DNA of 55,527 bases from a virus. Taxonomy: Duplodnaviria; Caudoviricetes. Positions 55,506 to 55,527 of the stretch are shown in pieces; position 1 is the first letter of the stretch; each line of letters starts with the position of its first letter. The notes beneath the pieces are model-generated. The model did no database searches. It was not told the origin of the DNA and saw only the letters and a program-made list of their open reading frames with translations. The position numbers and the translations under genes were made by a program. The DNA is taken from the IMG/VR virus record IMGVR_UViG_3300046729_000010, positions 1 to 55,527 of that record; one strand, given 5' to 3'.

Positions 55506-55527
55506 CAGTCGTCACTTTCTTGAAAAG

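Noticed and set aside
1-55527. Integrase, ParA partition system or tRNA genes
   Set aside because: No tyrosine or serine recombinase, ParA motif or cloverleaf was recognised by eye. A divergent one could have been missed.

Overview
The window looks like a complete or nearly complete ~55.5 kb high-GC tailed dsDNA phage genome in reverse orientation. An HNH gene runs toward base 1 and the small terminase gene starts next to base 55527, the usual HNH-cos-terS layout. The minus-strand right arm (30.2-55.5 kb) encodes packaging, an HK97-type head with an S49 protease, a short contractile tail, baseplate, fibres and lysis. The plus-strand left arm (3.6-30.1 kb) encodes many small early genes, a secreted Rpf-like protein, a recombination module (RuvC-like, PD-(D/E)XK exonuclease, AAA_24 ATPase, DUF669 SSB), a UDG-PolA fusion and an SNF2-like helicase. 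It also carries a 7-deazaguanine DNA-modification cluster (QueD, QueE, FolE, DpdL-like, DpdA-like) with no QueC, which predicts dDG. A primase-helicase with an adjacent palindromic AT-rich origin lies at 1.0-3.1 kb. I found no integrase, tRNA or CRISPR array. An actinobacterial host, possibly Thermoleophilia/Solirubrobacterales, is inferred. The most unusual signal is a repeated expression cassette: a sigmaA-like promoter whose predicted +1 is an ATG lying in frame 30-33 nt upstream of a second, Shine-Dalgarno-led ATG, seen in five dispersed copies. All family calls are by-eye motif recognition; no searches were run.
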